Positions 13,299-26,859 of a DNA stretch of 64,000 nt are shown here, piece after piece. The stretch is taken from NCBI GenBank assembly GCA_965153455.1, contig OZ234494.1, positions 6,820,001-6,884,000 of the forward strand, in the 5' to 3' direction. Numbering within the stretch: the first letter of the stretch is position 1; every line of letters starts with the position of its first letter. The notes beneath the pieces are model-generated. The model was given only the letters and a program-made list of their open reading frames with translations. It did no database searches and was not told the origin of the DNA. This DNA comes from Sphagnum compactum. Its lineage: Eukaryota. The position numbers were made by a program, and so were the translations under genes.

Positions 13299-16200
13299 TC
13301 ATAACTTAGATGGAGAAAAGATCCTATTTAGGATGGCTGCAAGCCTCACGCCTCCTTGTGCTAGCCTTTTTTGCACAATTGGCAAGCGCGAGAAGAAATA
13401 GTCATCTGTAATGCCAACAACAATTGTTAGAATTTCACCAAGATATTAAAAGAACAACCAAAAATAATGAAATGCCATGCTTTGTGATTTGATTTGAGCG
13501 ACAAAAATTTATAATGGAGGACATTCTTCTACCCTAGTGGCTAAAGGGTAAGGCTGCAAAGACGGCCTTTGGTAGTTCAAATCCCAACTGAAACCCTTCT
13601 CCTCATGATGATAGTTTGCTACCCTCGTGGTTCAGTTTTTGAGGCTGTCATGGAGTTTTTTTTTTTTTTTTTAATAACCAAAAATAAAATAAAATAATAA
13701 TGTCTTTTCTAGGGTGAGAACCTTTAGACGACAAAATTGATTATAATCATGCCAACTTGGTGACTTACCTCCTTCCACCTAATTCCACAGGGCTTCCAAG
13801 GCCTCCCTTAAGAACTTGAAATGAAGTTCCCAAGTTCCAATAGGGCCCCATAGTGCAGAGTAGTCATTTGAAATGTGTGAGGTAATTGAGAATAGGTCAG
13901 CTCAGAATTAGGTGAGGTTCAGTTCAACACTCAGGTGAGCATTTCAAAAGTTGCAGTCATTGAATTGCAAGTGTGTAAATATGGTAGTCCCCAATAGATG
14001 AATTCTAAGAAGCTAGGCACTCTTTGCTGCACTCTTACACTTAGATTTACTCCCAAGAGGGGTGGAATGTTGCATTACCTGAAAGAGTAGATCCAGGCGT
14101 TGCATTCTTGTAAGCCCACTTACAAGCCAAATTTATGCTCTCAGTCGCATATCTACAAGCATGACCACGTGGAAGTTGCTGAATTAGCTATGATTCCTTC
14201 TTGTGCAGATCGAATTAGCTAAGATAACTCTATAATCTCCAGTTTCTCAAGATTAAGGGATAAGAAAATCAGTTTGAAAGAGGATGTTTGCACAAGTATG
14301 AATGTGGTGACCACTCAAGGGTCAAACACCAGTTTAAAAAGCATAATGCCAAACACAATTTTACAGAAACTATGAGGAGGCTGAATTGCAAGAAATTTTC
14401 CAAAGGCAACTCTAAATCGCTTTACAGTTTTGACCGAAATAAGAAAGATGAAGGTGAACATGGAGTGAGTGGAACTGCAACATACATGTCAGGACATGAA
14501 ATGTCATCATTCGCACATTCACCCCACACCTTTGCCTGTTCAACCCAATCACCCTGCAACCCAACACACATAAAAGTGTTAGCTCTTGCAAATCAATGGC
14601 TATATTTCAATATCAGTTGACACTTGAATCGAATATGGATCACACATAATTAAAAAAAAATTCCACATGAAGTTCACAATGCTGTTTCAAATATAAGGTT
14701 CCAATAGAGCAGGCTCTCAGTGTGAGCAATATTTGCTTACTTTCAAGGAACTCAAATTGTTAGAAAAAATACTAGTGTCTGAGGAAGGAGAGAATTTTCA
14801 ACTGCCAACAACACGCATAGACTTGAGAATTGAAATAGCAAACAAGACAACAGAAGATTGCTAATGAATCATGCTTACAGTGATATTAGTGAAGATCGCA
14901 TTGATCATATCCTGGAGATTAGAGTTGTAGTAGTATGTCTTGGCCTTGTTGATGATCTCATTGTCCCAGATCTGCACATGCAGATGACATCAGTAAAATG
15001 TGCATGAAAAAAGGAGTACTTTTTTGCAGTTCTTTCCATGGATTGTGATGTTTCAATTTGAACTCTGCAATAACCGGAAGTATCTGTATAGAGTGAAACT
15101 TTTGGCACATGATACTGAAGAAGATAACCAAGCTTGTGAAATTTGTTAGTAGCACACTTATCCTTGACTTTCTAATGAGTATGCTGTAAGCAGAGAGAAG
15201 CAGCCAGAGCTGTGTCCTCACATTGAACAGAAACCAAAAGTGTGGACACTTACATGATGCAGGTTGTATTTGCGTCTGTACCAATGTACCAAAATAGTGT
15301 TTCCACCCGCATCTGATGTGAATCCCACATGCAATGGCTGCAAAATTGAACGAAAGTCAAAGAAAGTTCATAGATACCAATGAAACTCAAGGTTTGATAG
15401 AAAATTCTGCAGATTTTTTGGTCTAGAAACTATAGTCTGAGGACTTAGATGCATTAATGGGTCAGTCATTGTCATTCAGCAAAATGGAAGAGGATTCAAG
15501 TGGAAAATTACCTGGTGGACATCACCTACAAAGTGGGCTAGAAAGAGAAGCGCCTCTGTCAAATTATCTGTCAGGATTTTGCCACAATAACCTGAATGCC
15601 TGAGTCTTTGAGCATTGCATGAGAGACTCCAGGCAGGGGAAAAAGTGTGAAAAAAAGTATGGAGCTTATATCTAGTACTGTCCATAGGAGGGAGCATATA
15701 CTGTAGTGTGGAAAAAGTTGCAAACTACGCCCAGAGAAAGAGAGATCAGACGAGACTTACACTGGTCTCTGGCAGTAGCCTCAAGCATCGCTGGATCAGA
15801 GAAGCTGTGTGCAGAATTCCGATAAGACGTCAATTGTGAAGTGTAGTTGTAGATGGCTCCTGACACGCACATATCTACATCACCGTAGCTATTGTGACAA
15901 TCACCTGCGAGCAGGAAGCAAGGTACTTAGAAACTTTGTTCGGACGGAGGAGATTTTTGGAAAGGACAAGAGAAAAAGAAAAGTAGACCTCTACACTTTG
16001 TTTAGGTGGACGACGAGAGGAGGACGGGAGTGCACGACTTGGTAGAAGAGGAACATTTCCGATTCATGAAACAAGCAAAATGAAGCTTCAAAGGCGTTGC
16101 AAACAAGCGCAAACGAAGAAGGTGATGAGTTTACGGTCGTAATTGTAACGACAAAGGAAGTCGGGCGTGTCGATAAAATGAAGAGCACTGGTCCAGTGCC

Positions 16201-17000
16201 ACTTATACTGCCATCTTATGTCGTCTGCCCATGTGCAAAGACTCGCCAAGCTTCCATCGGCGTAGTCCGGAAGCAACGATCTGACTGCATCCAGTGTTGC
16301 TGGTTCTAGGAGAGGCTGCAAGAATAAAGGCCAACACGGAAACAGATGAAGAACAAGAACAAGAAGAGGACAAGGATTTATATTGCGAATGCTGTGGAGC
16401 ATGTGAGTTCTGATCGATGTCCAGTAATGCCGGTCTAGTTTCGGGGAGAAATCGAAATGCGAAAAGAGTGCGTACACATATCTTCTTTTCTTTTGTGCTC
16501 TCAAGAAACAGGTCTGCTGCACATGAGATCTTGATACGATTCCGACAAGGAAGCGAGAGAACAACTGTATTGACTTTGCATCTCCATTTTCAAACTAAGT
16601 CCGTCCCATGAGTTCACCGGCTCTGAAATTTGTTCTTGAACAAAGTGGAGAGAGAAACATTTGCATATCTATGATCATCTGATTGTAGAAAGAACTGAAG
16701 GAACAACAATTTCGGGCATAGAGCAGCATGCACCCGAGCAGAGAACTTATTACATCATCGGAAACAAAACCAAGAAGATGTATTGATATATGTATTCTGC
16801 GATTCCAATACTGTTTGCAACGGAGAAGAGGTGGAAAAAAAGACAAAAACGCCGTCTTGTCCACTGACCTCTGCAAGAAGGCAAGTTGCATGGTGGCCGT
16901 CTGCTCCCCAGCCTTCGACTCCATAACTCCATTGCCCCACACACGCAAGAACCGTCAGAAGAAGAGCCAGCACTCGTATTCTGGGCCTTGAAGAAGCCAT
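13299..17000 (-). CDS. S1/P1-family (type I, Zn-dependent) secreted endonuclease, ENDO/BFN-like, 9 exons
   Basis: Exons 17000-16869, 16315-16135, 15904-15761, 15567-15512, 15337-15254, 14971-14879, 14553-14486, 14152-14079 and 13405-13299. All introns are GT-AG with matching phases. Signal peptide followed by WGADGH, WADD, LHFIDTPD, FLAHFVGDVHQPLH, NLHHIWD and RLAQGGVRLAAILN. Confidence 0.95.
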
Positions 17001-18675
17001 TGCCTACAATAATATCGACACCTGCTCGCGCCAAATGCCAGCTTAGGCTACCAAAGAGCAAGAACTTGAAGATGGCTGGACAGCCGTGCGTGCCGAAAGC
17101 AAGCACGATCACGCCTTTGTCGTCGTCTATTGTTGAATACGAAACTCCTTAGTTGACAGACAAGACGTCAAGAATAAGGAGAGGGAGTTTTGAGACAGTA
17201 GAGGTATGATGAAGCCACTCTTAAGGCAACGCAACATGAAGACGAAGTTTGCTGCTTTCCACGGTATGGTCTCCTCTGAGGTTCTTGATTCAAGGACGGA
17301 GTCCAGATTCTCAGAATGGAACGAAACAATAAGAGAAAAACGGAGCCACGGAATTGATGCGAGGAATTTGCAGAAATGCTTTCAGTGCAAAGACAACGGC
17401 GAGAGGGAGTGCTGATGACGCTGAAAGAAGCAGCATCACGAAACGAAGATTCGGCCGTTGGTTTGTAAGTAGGAGAGGCGTGAATTTGGTCATGGATAAA
17501 GAGTGGAGTGCGGATACAGCAACGTACGCACAGCATTCAACAACACGAGAGGCTTGGAGTGGCGTGAAATTCTGGTGCATTCAAAGTGGCGTAGGCGTAC
17601 AAAAAAAAACTTGAGCTCCAATTGTCCTTCTTACACCTGGAGGCAACGATGAAGAGCAAAACTTTGCACAAAGCCGCCAGCCAAATCACGATTTGCATAA
17701 CTGATAAAGGAACCGGGAAACTCAGGCTCAAGGGATGAAAACAAAATTCCTGATAAGCTTTTTCAAATGTCTAAAGAGTACAAATTACAAATACTGAAAG
17801 TGGAAGATCGCCGACAAAAGCTGCAGACACGTTCGACAAGACTTGTGAAAGAAAACAGAACAGCTAGAGAGACACACACAAAATTGCACAAGAACAAACA
17901 ACAAACCTCTCAAGCGTTGAATAAACTATCTATTATATTGGCAATGTGAGGAAAGAACAATCAAGATAACAAGCTCGATAACAAAACAATGAAGGATCCT
18001 ACAAAACTCAATATTTTGTCTAAATATTTTAACATTATTTCATTGTGCTTCCAAAAAGCACTAATTACAAGTAGTTTTTTTAAAATAAAAAATTAATTTT
18101 TTTTATTAAATTCTAATGAATATGATTTATCTAGTGACAAAAATAGTCATTGTAAAAATCACTTGGAATAACTCATTTTGACCCAATTGTTTTGTGTCAC
18201 CAATTTCATCATCTCTTTAGTTTCTTCTTCTTCAACAGACACTCATGCACATGTGCTCATAAACTAGCAGATGGGTATTGTCAATATTAATGCAAATTAG
18301 ATTGAATCCACATACGATGCAATATCCGCTAATAGCAACTATCATCTTCCTATTCCTCTTGTCACCACTCTGACTTAATGGAAAAACAAATCCGCCGTGT
18401 GAAGGGATGCATAACAATTATAAGTCATGCAATGCTCCAATGCTCCGCACTGGAGCACCTGATAATGAATGTCACAGCAAAAGTGATTTAGTTTTCTGGG
18501 TGCAAAAGAATCCACTCCAGCAGGAGGAGAATAGACCACTGGAACTCTAATCCATAATTCTCAGTGTCTGATATTTGCTCCAACAGCTTGCCCAGAATAA
18601 CTGGCTTAGCACTAGAAAGAATCGAATCTTCTAAACTACTGAAGCTCTGCTGGTGGAAAAAGCTTATGGTGTCAT

Positions 18676-21600
18676 CTACAACCCTGCTTTCTTCTTCAGG
18701 TGTTGCTTGAAGTCCATAATGTCTCCTCCCCATCTGGTGATGGACTTGTTCTCACAAACCCAGATCTCCTTGGCAACCTGATTAATAAGCCTGAAATCAT
18801 GGCTCACAAGCACCAAGCCTCCATCCCACTCGTTCAAAGCATCGGCAAGTGCATCAATTGTTTCTATGTCCAAATGATTGGTGGGCTCATCCAGTAGCAA
18901 CAGGTGTGGAAGTCTCCAGGCCAACCAAGCAAAGATGACACGACTTTTCTGTCCATCGGAAAGGTTTCCCATTGGCATTACTTGTGCCTTTCCAGTCAGC
19001 CCAAAGCGGCCAATAGCAGACCGCATCTTTTCCTCCTCCAGGCCAGGGTACTGGCTCATCATGTAAGCCAGTGCAGACATGTCCATTGTTAATGTCTCTG
19101 TAAGGTGCTGGTGATACTGCGCAATGCGAAGATGGTTATGGCGGCGAACCATGCCATCTAAGGGCACCAGGTCACCAGTCATGAGCTTCAGCAGAGTACT
19201 CTTCCCAGCCCCATTGGGACCCACCAAAGCAATTCGGGAATCAAGATCCACACCAAAATCCACCTTCTCATAGATCAGATTGTCAGGAGTGTACCCAAAC
19301 TTGAGCTCCACAAACTGGAGAACTGGTGGGGGAAGTTTTCCTACATCTGTGAACCTGAATGTAAGGACCTTGTCTCTAACTACTTTCTCAGTAAGCCCAC
19401 CTCTCTCCATCTTGGCCAGTGTCTTCTCTTTGCTCTGAGCTTGTCGAGCAAGTTTGGCAGAACCATGTCCAAATCTGGCAATGTACTCTTTCATTCCAGA
19501 AATCTGTTCTTGCTCCCAGCGGTACTGCTTCATTTGATTTTCTTCCAACTCTGCTCGTGTCTGGCAATATTGGTCATAGTTTCCTGTGTAGAACTTGAGC
19601 TGCTTATTCTGCATGTGGATAATGTTGGTGCAGACCCCATTCAGGAAGTCTTGTGAATGTGATACAATGACCAGAATACGCTCAAACTTCTTCAGCATCT
19701 CTTCCAACCAAACACAAGCCTCCAAATCTGCCAATTCCAATCACCACTTTGTCAGGCTCATATAATCCAGATGCTCCAGACACCATTGGAAGTTTCATGA
19801 AGGCCAATGAAAATCAGTCCAATTAACGTATGCCCCTCAGAGACTCTACTGAACATAAGCATACTTCTAACATGGATTTTCACTGCAACAGAACAAAGCA
19901 GAGCAGACTTCACTTTCAGACAACCATATCCCACAACAGCTGACTCCATACAGGACACCTATTGTGACATCAGCACACACAAAACTTAACTTAATGGCAC
20001 AGTCATCAAGCACCTAATAGCATCCCAACTCATATGTGAACAAGACCCACCAAGATGATTTGTTGGTTCATCAAGTAACAAAATTGTTGGATTCATGAAC
20101 AAAGCCCTTGCAAGTGCTATCCGCATTCGCCACCCTCCAGAGAAATCTCGTGTCTTTTTGGCTTGCATCTTTTTGGTGAAACCAAGCCCATGTAAGATCT
20201 GGGCAGCTCGCATCTCAGCTGTGGCAGAATCCATTGATTCTAACCTCTCATATATGCGCTCCAAAGGCTCACCACCTCCATCATCCTGTGAGTACCCAAA
20301 GAGACAACTGCAAGTAAGGGTTTGCAAATTTCCAAAAAGTAGCAGATACAGAACAGACATACAGCTTCTTAAACAGAAGATACAAATGAAGTGAAAACTA
20401 AGAAAGTGTGTGTCTCACTTGCGCTGCCAACAACTCAGCCTCCTTCTCTAGCTTTAATCTCTCTTCATCAACATTCATCACAGCCTCCAGTGCAGTCATC
20501 TCAGTTGCATCAATCTCCCGTGTTAAATGGTAAATATCCATGTGCTCTGGAATTGGAACCTCACGGCAGCCTATTGCTGTAAGTAGAGTAGATTTACCAC
20601 AACCATTCAAACCCAGCAAGCCATACCGCCTGCAACAAATCATAAAGAGGATCAGCTCCAACAGTTATCTGGTGCTGCACACAAGCTAGGCAAGAATCCT
20701 TATCGAGATGCCTCAGAAATTCTACTTACAAACTTGTGATCTGTCACAGGACATATGAAAGACACTGTCTGCATGTGCCAATATGTACCTTCCATAATTC
20801 AGCTCGAGTGTTGAGTCAACAACCAACTCATGACCATGAAAAGTCACGGACAATGATTCAATCTGCAAAAACAACAACCCAACTCAATGAACCCCAGATG
20901 AAGCAGTGCACAAATATAAAACTGGTACAGTTCATAATCCAATAGTTACAACCCAATAACCAAGTTCTGCAGAGATAGGAATCACAGTTCCAAGAAAAAG
21001 AAAAAGAATCTGAAATATCATAGCTACGAAATTGCAGTGAAATATCCACAACAACTTCTTGGAAGGTATCACAACAGCAAGTGCAGTCATAACCTTATGA
21101 GAGTTGCTCACAAAGTCTCAGACCATCACCTTCCTCACAACCTGAAGTGTCAATGGAGAATCAGCTCTGAGAACAGGATGGCACAAACTGTGTTGATATG
21201 CAATTACCGCACGAAAGTAGGGACAAGTGATAATTTTTCCCGTATTTTTTCTCTTGGAAATGCATGTTAAATCCCGAAACCCAGGAACAGCTTACTCTTC
21301 AGTCCATGCCACAGGTTAATCTAACATGTTGCATGAATCGCAAAACCCTAAGGGGGGAGTTGATGACAATTCCATCCAGCAACTGTTGCCAATTCTTTGA
21401 AAGCCCTTTGCATCTGAGTAGATGAGACATGTGGTGAAAAGCAACTTGCACAAGAAAACACACCTCCGGTATGCCAGAAATATCTACTGGGCTTTGACAT
21501 CAGAAACCCTATTCCAGATACTATGATTCCAACGATAGACTAAAGTGTGTACGTATCCTCACATACAACTTATTTTCATCACACCTGCGGCGTGGATGTA

Positions 21601-21960
21601 GCAGCCGAAGAAGCTAAGATGAGCCCGAGTCTGCCCTCCCCCTGCTGGTATGTCAGAGGGGAGGCGTGCGAGCGATGTACAGCAGATCCAACAACAAAAA
21701 ATCTAGATCAAACAACAAGAGACGAATACAAAACTTACATGAATGTCTCTGGATTGAGGGTGTGAAGCTAAAACGCCAGTACACGTCCGATCCGTGATCA
21801 TCAAGGCTGCCATCTCATCGGCGGCGGCATCATTCGTAACCCCATTCTGAACATCTTTCAGCTTCGACTGTGCGACGGCTGCCGCAGCCTTGGATCCACG
21901 CTTCTCTGCGGCGGCCGCCTTCTTGGAGGCAGCCTTCTTTTTACTGGCATCAGACACCAT
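18676..21960 (-). CDS. ABCF1: ABC transporter F family soluble ATPase (plant ABCF1-like), 5 exons
   Basis: Exons 21960-21739, 20862-20789, 20629-20419, 20285-20051 and 19727-18676. Starts MVSDASKKK. Two ABC domains (GLNGCGKS / FSGGW / [10 protein letters not shown] and GPNGAGKS / LSDGQ / [11 protein letters not shown]) and no transmembrane domain. Confidence 0.95.
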
Positions 21961-22108
21961 CGCAGCAGCAGCAGCAGGTACCTAGTGGGTAGTAGCAGAA
22001 GTAGAAGAAACAGGAGAGAAGAAAGCTATCGATCAAAAGATCGATCTGCCCACCAAAAGGATGGATCGATCGCAACAAACAACGACGACACAACCCCAAT
22101 TCGGCAGC

Positions 22109-22122
22109 GCCCTAACCCTAAT
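22109..22122. promoter_or_regulatory. Telo-box-like motif upstream of ABCF1
   Basis: CCCTAACCCTAAT about 150 bp upstream of the ATG. Telo-boxes are typical of plant translation-machinery genes. Confidence 0.4.
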
Positions 22123-22249
22123 ACAAATAAGGTGCTTCAAGCTCCCGCCAGATTTCTACAGCCGCCACCCTTGAAGACTAGGTACACACTACGCACACAC
22201 AACTTCCCAACAACCAAAACTACACACGTTTGTATTGCAACAGCATAAA

Positions 22250-22632
22250 GTGGACCAGTGAACTAGCGGTCCAGCACTCACCAGCGCACCATGAAGGATG
22301 GATGGATGGATGGATGGATGGAAAGTGGCCAGCAAACAATTTTCAGCTGGCTTAGCTCAGTTGCTTTTCTACTATTTACCTACCTACTATTGACCCAATT
22401 TTTTTACTACCTTCCTACTAACAACCCACCTATTTTTAACTACCTACCTACCTACTAACAAACATATGCTTATCTAGTACATAGTTGTATGTTTTCCTAC
22501 CTATCTACCTTATTTATAGGACCTACTTCTTACAGACCAAAATCTGTTAGTTGTTGAGGTTCATCCACAGCTGTTGTAATGGGCATCCATCCAGTGGATG
22601 GTGTGCTGGTGGGTGGTGGCTCACTCTGGCCC
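22250..22632. mobile_element. MITE-like element with degenerate terminal inverted repeats, containing a (GGAT)n tract
   Basis: CCAGCACTCACCAGCGCACCAT (about 22271) pairs with ATGGTGTGCTGGTGGGTGGTGG (about 22598-22619). Confidence 0.45.
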
Positions 22633-22897
22633 AAAAGTGTAAGTTGGTAAAGGACCAAGAACTGGGGTATTCTGGGAATGCGGACCCTATAGTCAGCCGA
22701 GACTGAACATGGGACCCCTATTTCTCAAAACCGCCTCAATTGAGGTTCTTACCCGGTGTAAAGATCTTGTAGTTGGATGGGCTGTGATTGAATTTCGGAG
22801 GAGAACAGGCACTCATAAGGTACACATAAGGTGCCTCATTATTTTAGGACCAGCACTCCTAAGGTGCCTCCTCTGTTTAGGCAGAAACTTTTACTTA

Positions 22898-23122
22898 AGG
22901 TGCATCCACACTTGGTGTTAAGGCCTCCAGTATTAAGTCCCCTAACACCAAGCTAGTCATTTAGGACCTAAACCTATTAACCACGAAGATTTTATGTCAA
23001 CTTAACATTCACTTAATATTAAACAATCACCCATTTAATATTGGGTGCCACCTAAGATGCCACCTAAGATGCCACCTCGATTTTCAATTAACACTGACAT
23101 AACAGTGGGTGTGAATGCACCT
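22898..23122. mobile_element. Tourist-like (PIF/Harbinger) MITE, copy 1
   Basis: TIR AGGTGCATCCACAC...GTGTGAATGCACCT, with TTA on both sides (22895-22897 and 23123-23125). Same family as 58164-58398 in opposite orientation. Confidence 0.85.
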
Positions 23123-24681
23123 TTAGTGTAATGTGCCCACCCTGTACGCTGGAAAAATTCTACTACTTCTTTTGTGTACAGGTAACCCCTTTTTTGGGTG
23201 ACGTGGCAGTACCCTAGTTGGTGGCTTCACCCTGGTTAGAACCCATAACTCCTCTGTACTAATTTCTGCTCACTATTTGGCTGAGCATGAAAAGTCACGT
23301 CTACTACGTCCAGTCACAGGGCAGAAATCGCACGAAAAAAGGTTTTCAAAAAACTAGTTATGTCCAGTAACTGGCTCAAGGCCACAAATACTCTCATTGC
23401 ACTTGCGACCCAGAAATTGGACAGAGAATCGAACCCAAAACCTGCAAATCGTCCTACCAACCTGGAAATTGGACAGAGAGCCCGCACACCACATCCTGTA
23501 ATTCATCCTGAAACCCGGGATATTGGACAGAGAACCTTGAGTGGATGCTTATTTCAGAGGATCGCCTCATGCCAAGGGCATTACTCTACACTAAAGTAGC
23601 TTTATACTAATCCACACTTAGACGACATTACCCCAAACTATTCTTTAAGGTGGGATGGGTTGTCATAGGCTGATTTCGTTTTTAGTAGTTTTATCAATTT
23701 TATTTATAATATGAATCAACCTTGTAAAATATTTTATGTTATATAAATTAAATGCGAGAATTGTGAAAAAGCAAACAAGTTAAAAGATTGAAACTATGTA
23801 TTTTTATTACATAGTTATGAAATTTATGTTTTTTTTTTCACAATCATTCTTCTTAACATAATTATTTTTTGCATCTTGGATATGTCAAAATCATCATTTC
23901 TATCATAAATTTGAGTTCAGCGTTAGTGCGCACTACCAGTAATGATCAATTTTATTTTATTTCCTTATGTTTTCATATGGTTTTTAATAATAATGTATCA
24001 TTATTTACATCAATGTTAAATTTAATTTAAATTAATATACATTTCATATTCATGTTGGTGGAAATAATCATCTTTAGTGATTCATCATCCAATTCATCAT
24101 GCACATTAACTTTGGAAATGATTTTTTTATGACTCATTGAACTTTAACCATGTGTATTAATATGTGTCATGATTTTCTTAAAGAATAAACCTATTTTAAG
24201 TTGTGCACATTTTGTGTTATGACTTGTTGATGATGATTCATCATAATTGTAATGAATCATACATAAACCATTATTAATTTATGACACATTATCACTTAAC
24301 CTAATAAATTACCTATTTTAACTTCTTAAATAATTACAATAAATTACAATATTGATTTTAAACCTATCTTTTTGTATTCACCCAATTTGGCTTTAAACCT
24401 TCAGGAGAAATGTCATTCCCAGTTCATCAGGTCTATGGATCATTGTGAAGCTTGGTCTTCAACAAGAAAAACCCAACATCTCTTTTGCATTTCTATGCAG
24501 TTGTAGAGAGTGAAAAGAAGCTCGGCTGCCCAAAAAAATTGGAGATAGGCAGAGTTCTGAAAGCAAACTAATTGTAAATACTGTTGGACCTTCAGTCCAA
24601 TGCTCCCTATCTCCTATACAGACTCTTATAACAGACTCTGGAAATGGTGCAAGAATGCACAGAAAATGGTGCATAAAATGC

Positions 24682-25692
24682 CTACAAGGAGGATGTATGA
24701 CCAGGATTTTGGTGGGAAAAGCTATTATGTTCTTGAAGCTCTGGACCAGAATGGATGCCAGCATTCCAGCTGCATTCAGGGTGTGGTTCAGGATACCTGT
24801 AGATGTCAGTGCAATAATCAAATTCTAACATATTCTCACTCACCCATTGCAACCGAGCCAACTGTTCAACATTCAGCTCCTGGATTGTAGCCTTCTCCAA
24901 CAACCCATCATATTTCCTTGAGACACAGGGCATCCCCCTTGTTCCAGGGCAACTCACATCCTTGCACATCATAACCTCAAGTATCTTGTTGCAAAGGGTG
25001 CTTTAGCCCAGTTCAATTTAATGGATCCAGATTAAGTGGCCCATTCCTCACCATTCCACAAGCTGGCAAACACACTCATCAGCCATTGACATAGGCATGG
25101 CAAACCCAAATGCTCATTGTTTTTGTACACTCAGATGGGTGTGTCATCCACCATGAAGACAATCATCTTCTTGCTCCACTGAATCATGTAGCTATGGAAG
25201 TCAGCTGTTGGATCAAACCATAATTTGATACACTGCTCCCAATCTCTATCTCCAGCTACACACAAATTGGTCTGCAGGACATAGGGTTTGCCAATTTCCC
25301 AGGAACTCAAAATCAAGCTCATCGTGCTTCCCACTCAAAGAGAAAGTGTAGAATGTGGTAACCATCCCTGCCGAATCACCAGGATGTAGCTTCATTTGAA
25401 TGCTGATGCAGCCAGACCAGTACCTGGTATTCGAGGCAAATCCTGAAGCAGCTAAACTGTCAAGGACGAGTTCTGCAACCTCACCATCCTCCAACAGCTT
25501 ATAATGGTGTGCATCTACAGTGCTCCAGAAATTACAACTGAACATTGACTCACAACTCACTGACCCTCTTCTGTCCATGGATTGTGATGACAATGTCCAT
25601 GAGTTGGAGACTAGAAGCAGCAGCAGGAAGTGGCAGTCACTTCTTGCTTCCATTGCCACTCCTGATTGCTGCTGATGCTTCCAATTGCATCC

Positions 25693-25695
<3 letters not shown>
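24682..25695 (-). pseudogene. XTH: Intronless xyloglucan endotransglucosylase/hydrolase (GH16 XTH) pseudogene
   Basis: Signal peptide, [20 protein letters not shown], catalytic [33 protein letters not shown] and C-terminal DYCTD..RYPEPHPEC. Frameshift after FLGN, stops at 25133-25131 and 25034-25032, and another frameshift near 24970. Confidence 0.9.

Positions 25696-25734
<39 letters not shown>
25696..25734. repeat. (TC)n/(GA)n microsatellite immediately upstream of the XTH ORF
   Basis: Uninterrupted TC dinucleotide run. Confidence 0.95.
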
Positions 25735-25738
<4 letters not shown>

Positions 25739-26859
25739 GAAAATGAAACCTGAACAAACCTTCTGGACTTTTAGGTCCTTCAATCCACCAAGATGTGGAA
25801 ATGCAAGAAAAAGGAAACTAAGAAAAGTGTTGCTTCAGATCTCAAAAGACATTGCCAGCAATGAATGAATCTAAGTGGCTTTTGAATCCCATGGGAAATT
25901 TATACCATGAATGTTCCTTGAATTGTAGCATGAGAATTGAGATGTAAGTCTTGACATTCGCTTTCCATGTGATAATTTTTGGTTTCGACTCTACACAATG
26001 AGAGATGAAATTTGGAATGAAGGAAAAAGGGGTCCAAGGACGCTAATAAGAACCAAGGACTATGTTAACTTTTGAATATCTTGCATCACAATGATTTTGC
26101 AAATCATCTGCATGAGTTTTAAGAATTAAAATGTAGTTTGGTTTTATGAACAAGTTTCAATATTCGTGAATTTGTATTTCACTAACTTTTGTGGAATTTC
26201 AATTTTGTTTCATTTGTTCATTTATTGATATAAGGACTTAGGTAAGCAATTATTGATTAGTTTTATTTTAAATTCCTTTTATCATATGTGAAACTAGACC
26301 ACCCATTTTTTAAATGCATGGAAGCTCATATATTGATGGTTGTGAAGGCTTAGAAATGAAAAAAATTTGAAATTATGTTCTTTGAATTTAGCAAGTATGG
26401 AACATGTATACCCATGCATACAATGTAACACATAATTACAAGTAGACATTGTTTACATTTTTTTCTGAATTTTTAATATTTTTATTGCTGATTTATTTAA
26501 AGAGGTTTTCAAGACTTTTCTTGAGCCTAATTTAGTTTGTAATTTTTGCTCAAATTATGTTTGAATGATAAAAATAAATAGCTTATTTTGAAGTTCAAAC
26601 TGACATCATTGGTAAATTAATGTAAATAACCTTCAAATCTCAAGCCTTTCTTTGTGTAATAAGTTGCTATAAAAAATGGTGACCTTGATTTTATTTTCTA
26701 TGCATGTGTAAAACCACACTTTGGAGGACATGTTCTAAATCCAAGCCTAATTCGGCTCACCCCTCACAAATCACAATAAACATATATTTCAAAATTACTC
26801 CCACTCCCTTAGGGCCTTAACTTGGACACAATGTGCTACTTGCACCAAAGGGAATGATA

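Noticed and set aside
17204-17280. Possible plus-strand C/D snoRNA (ATGATGA...ATGAAGA...CTGA)
   Set aside because: Poor terminal stem, no clear D' box or rRNA guide, and it lies antisense in the endonuclease 5' region. Probably chance.
18488-19656. Small ORFs overlapping the ABCF1 last exon and 3' UTR
   Set aside because: Antisense or alternative-frame shadows of the real CDS.
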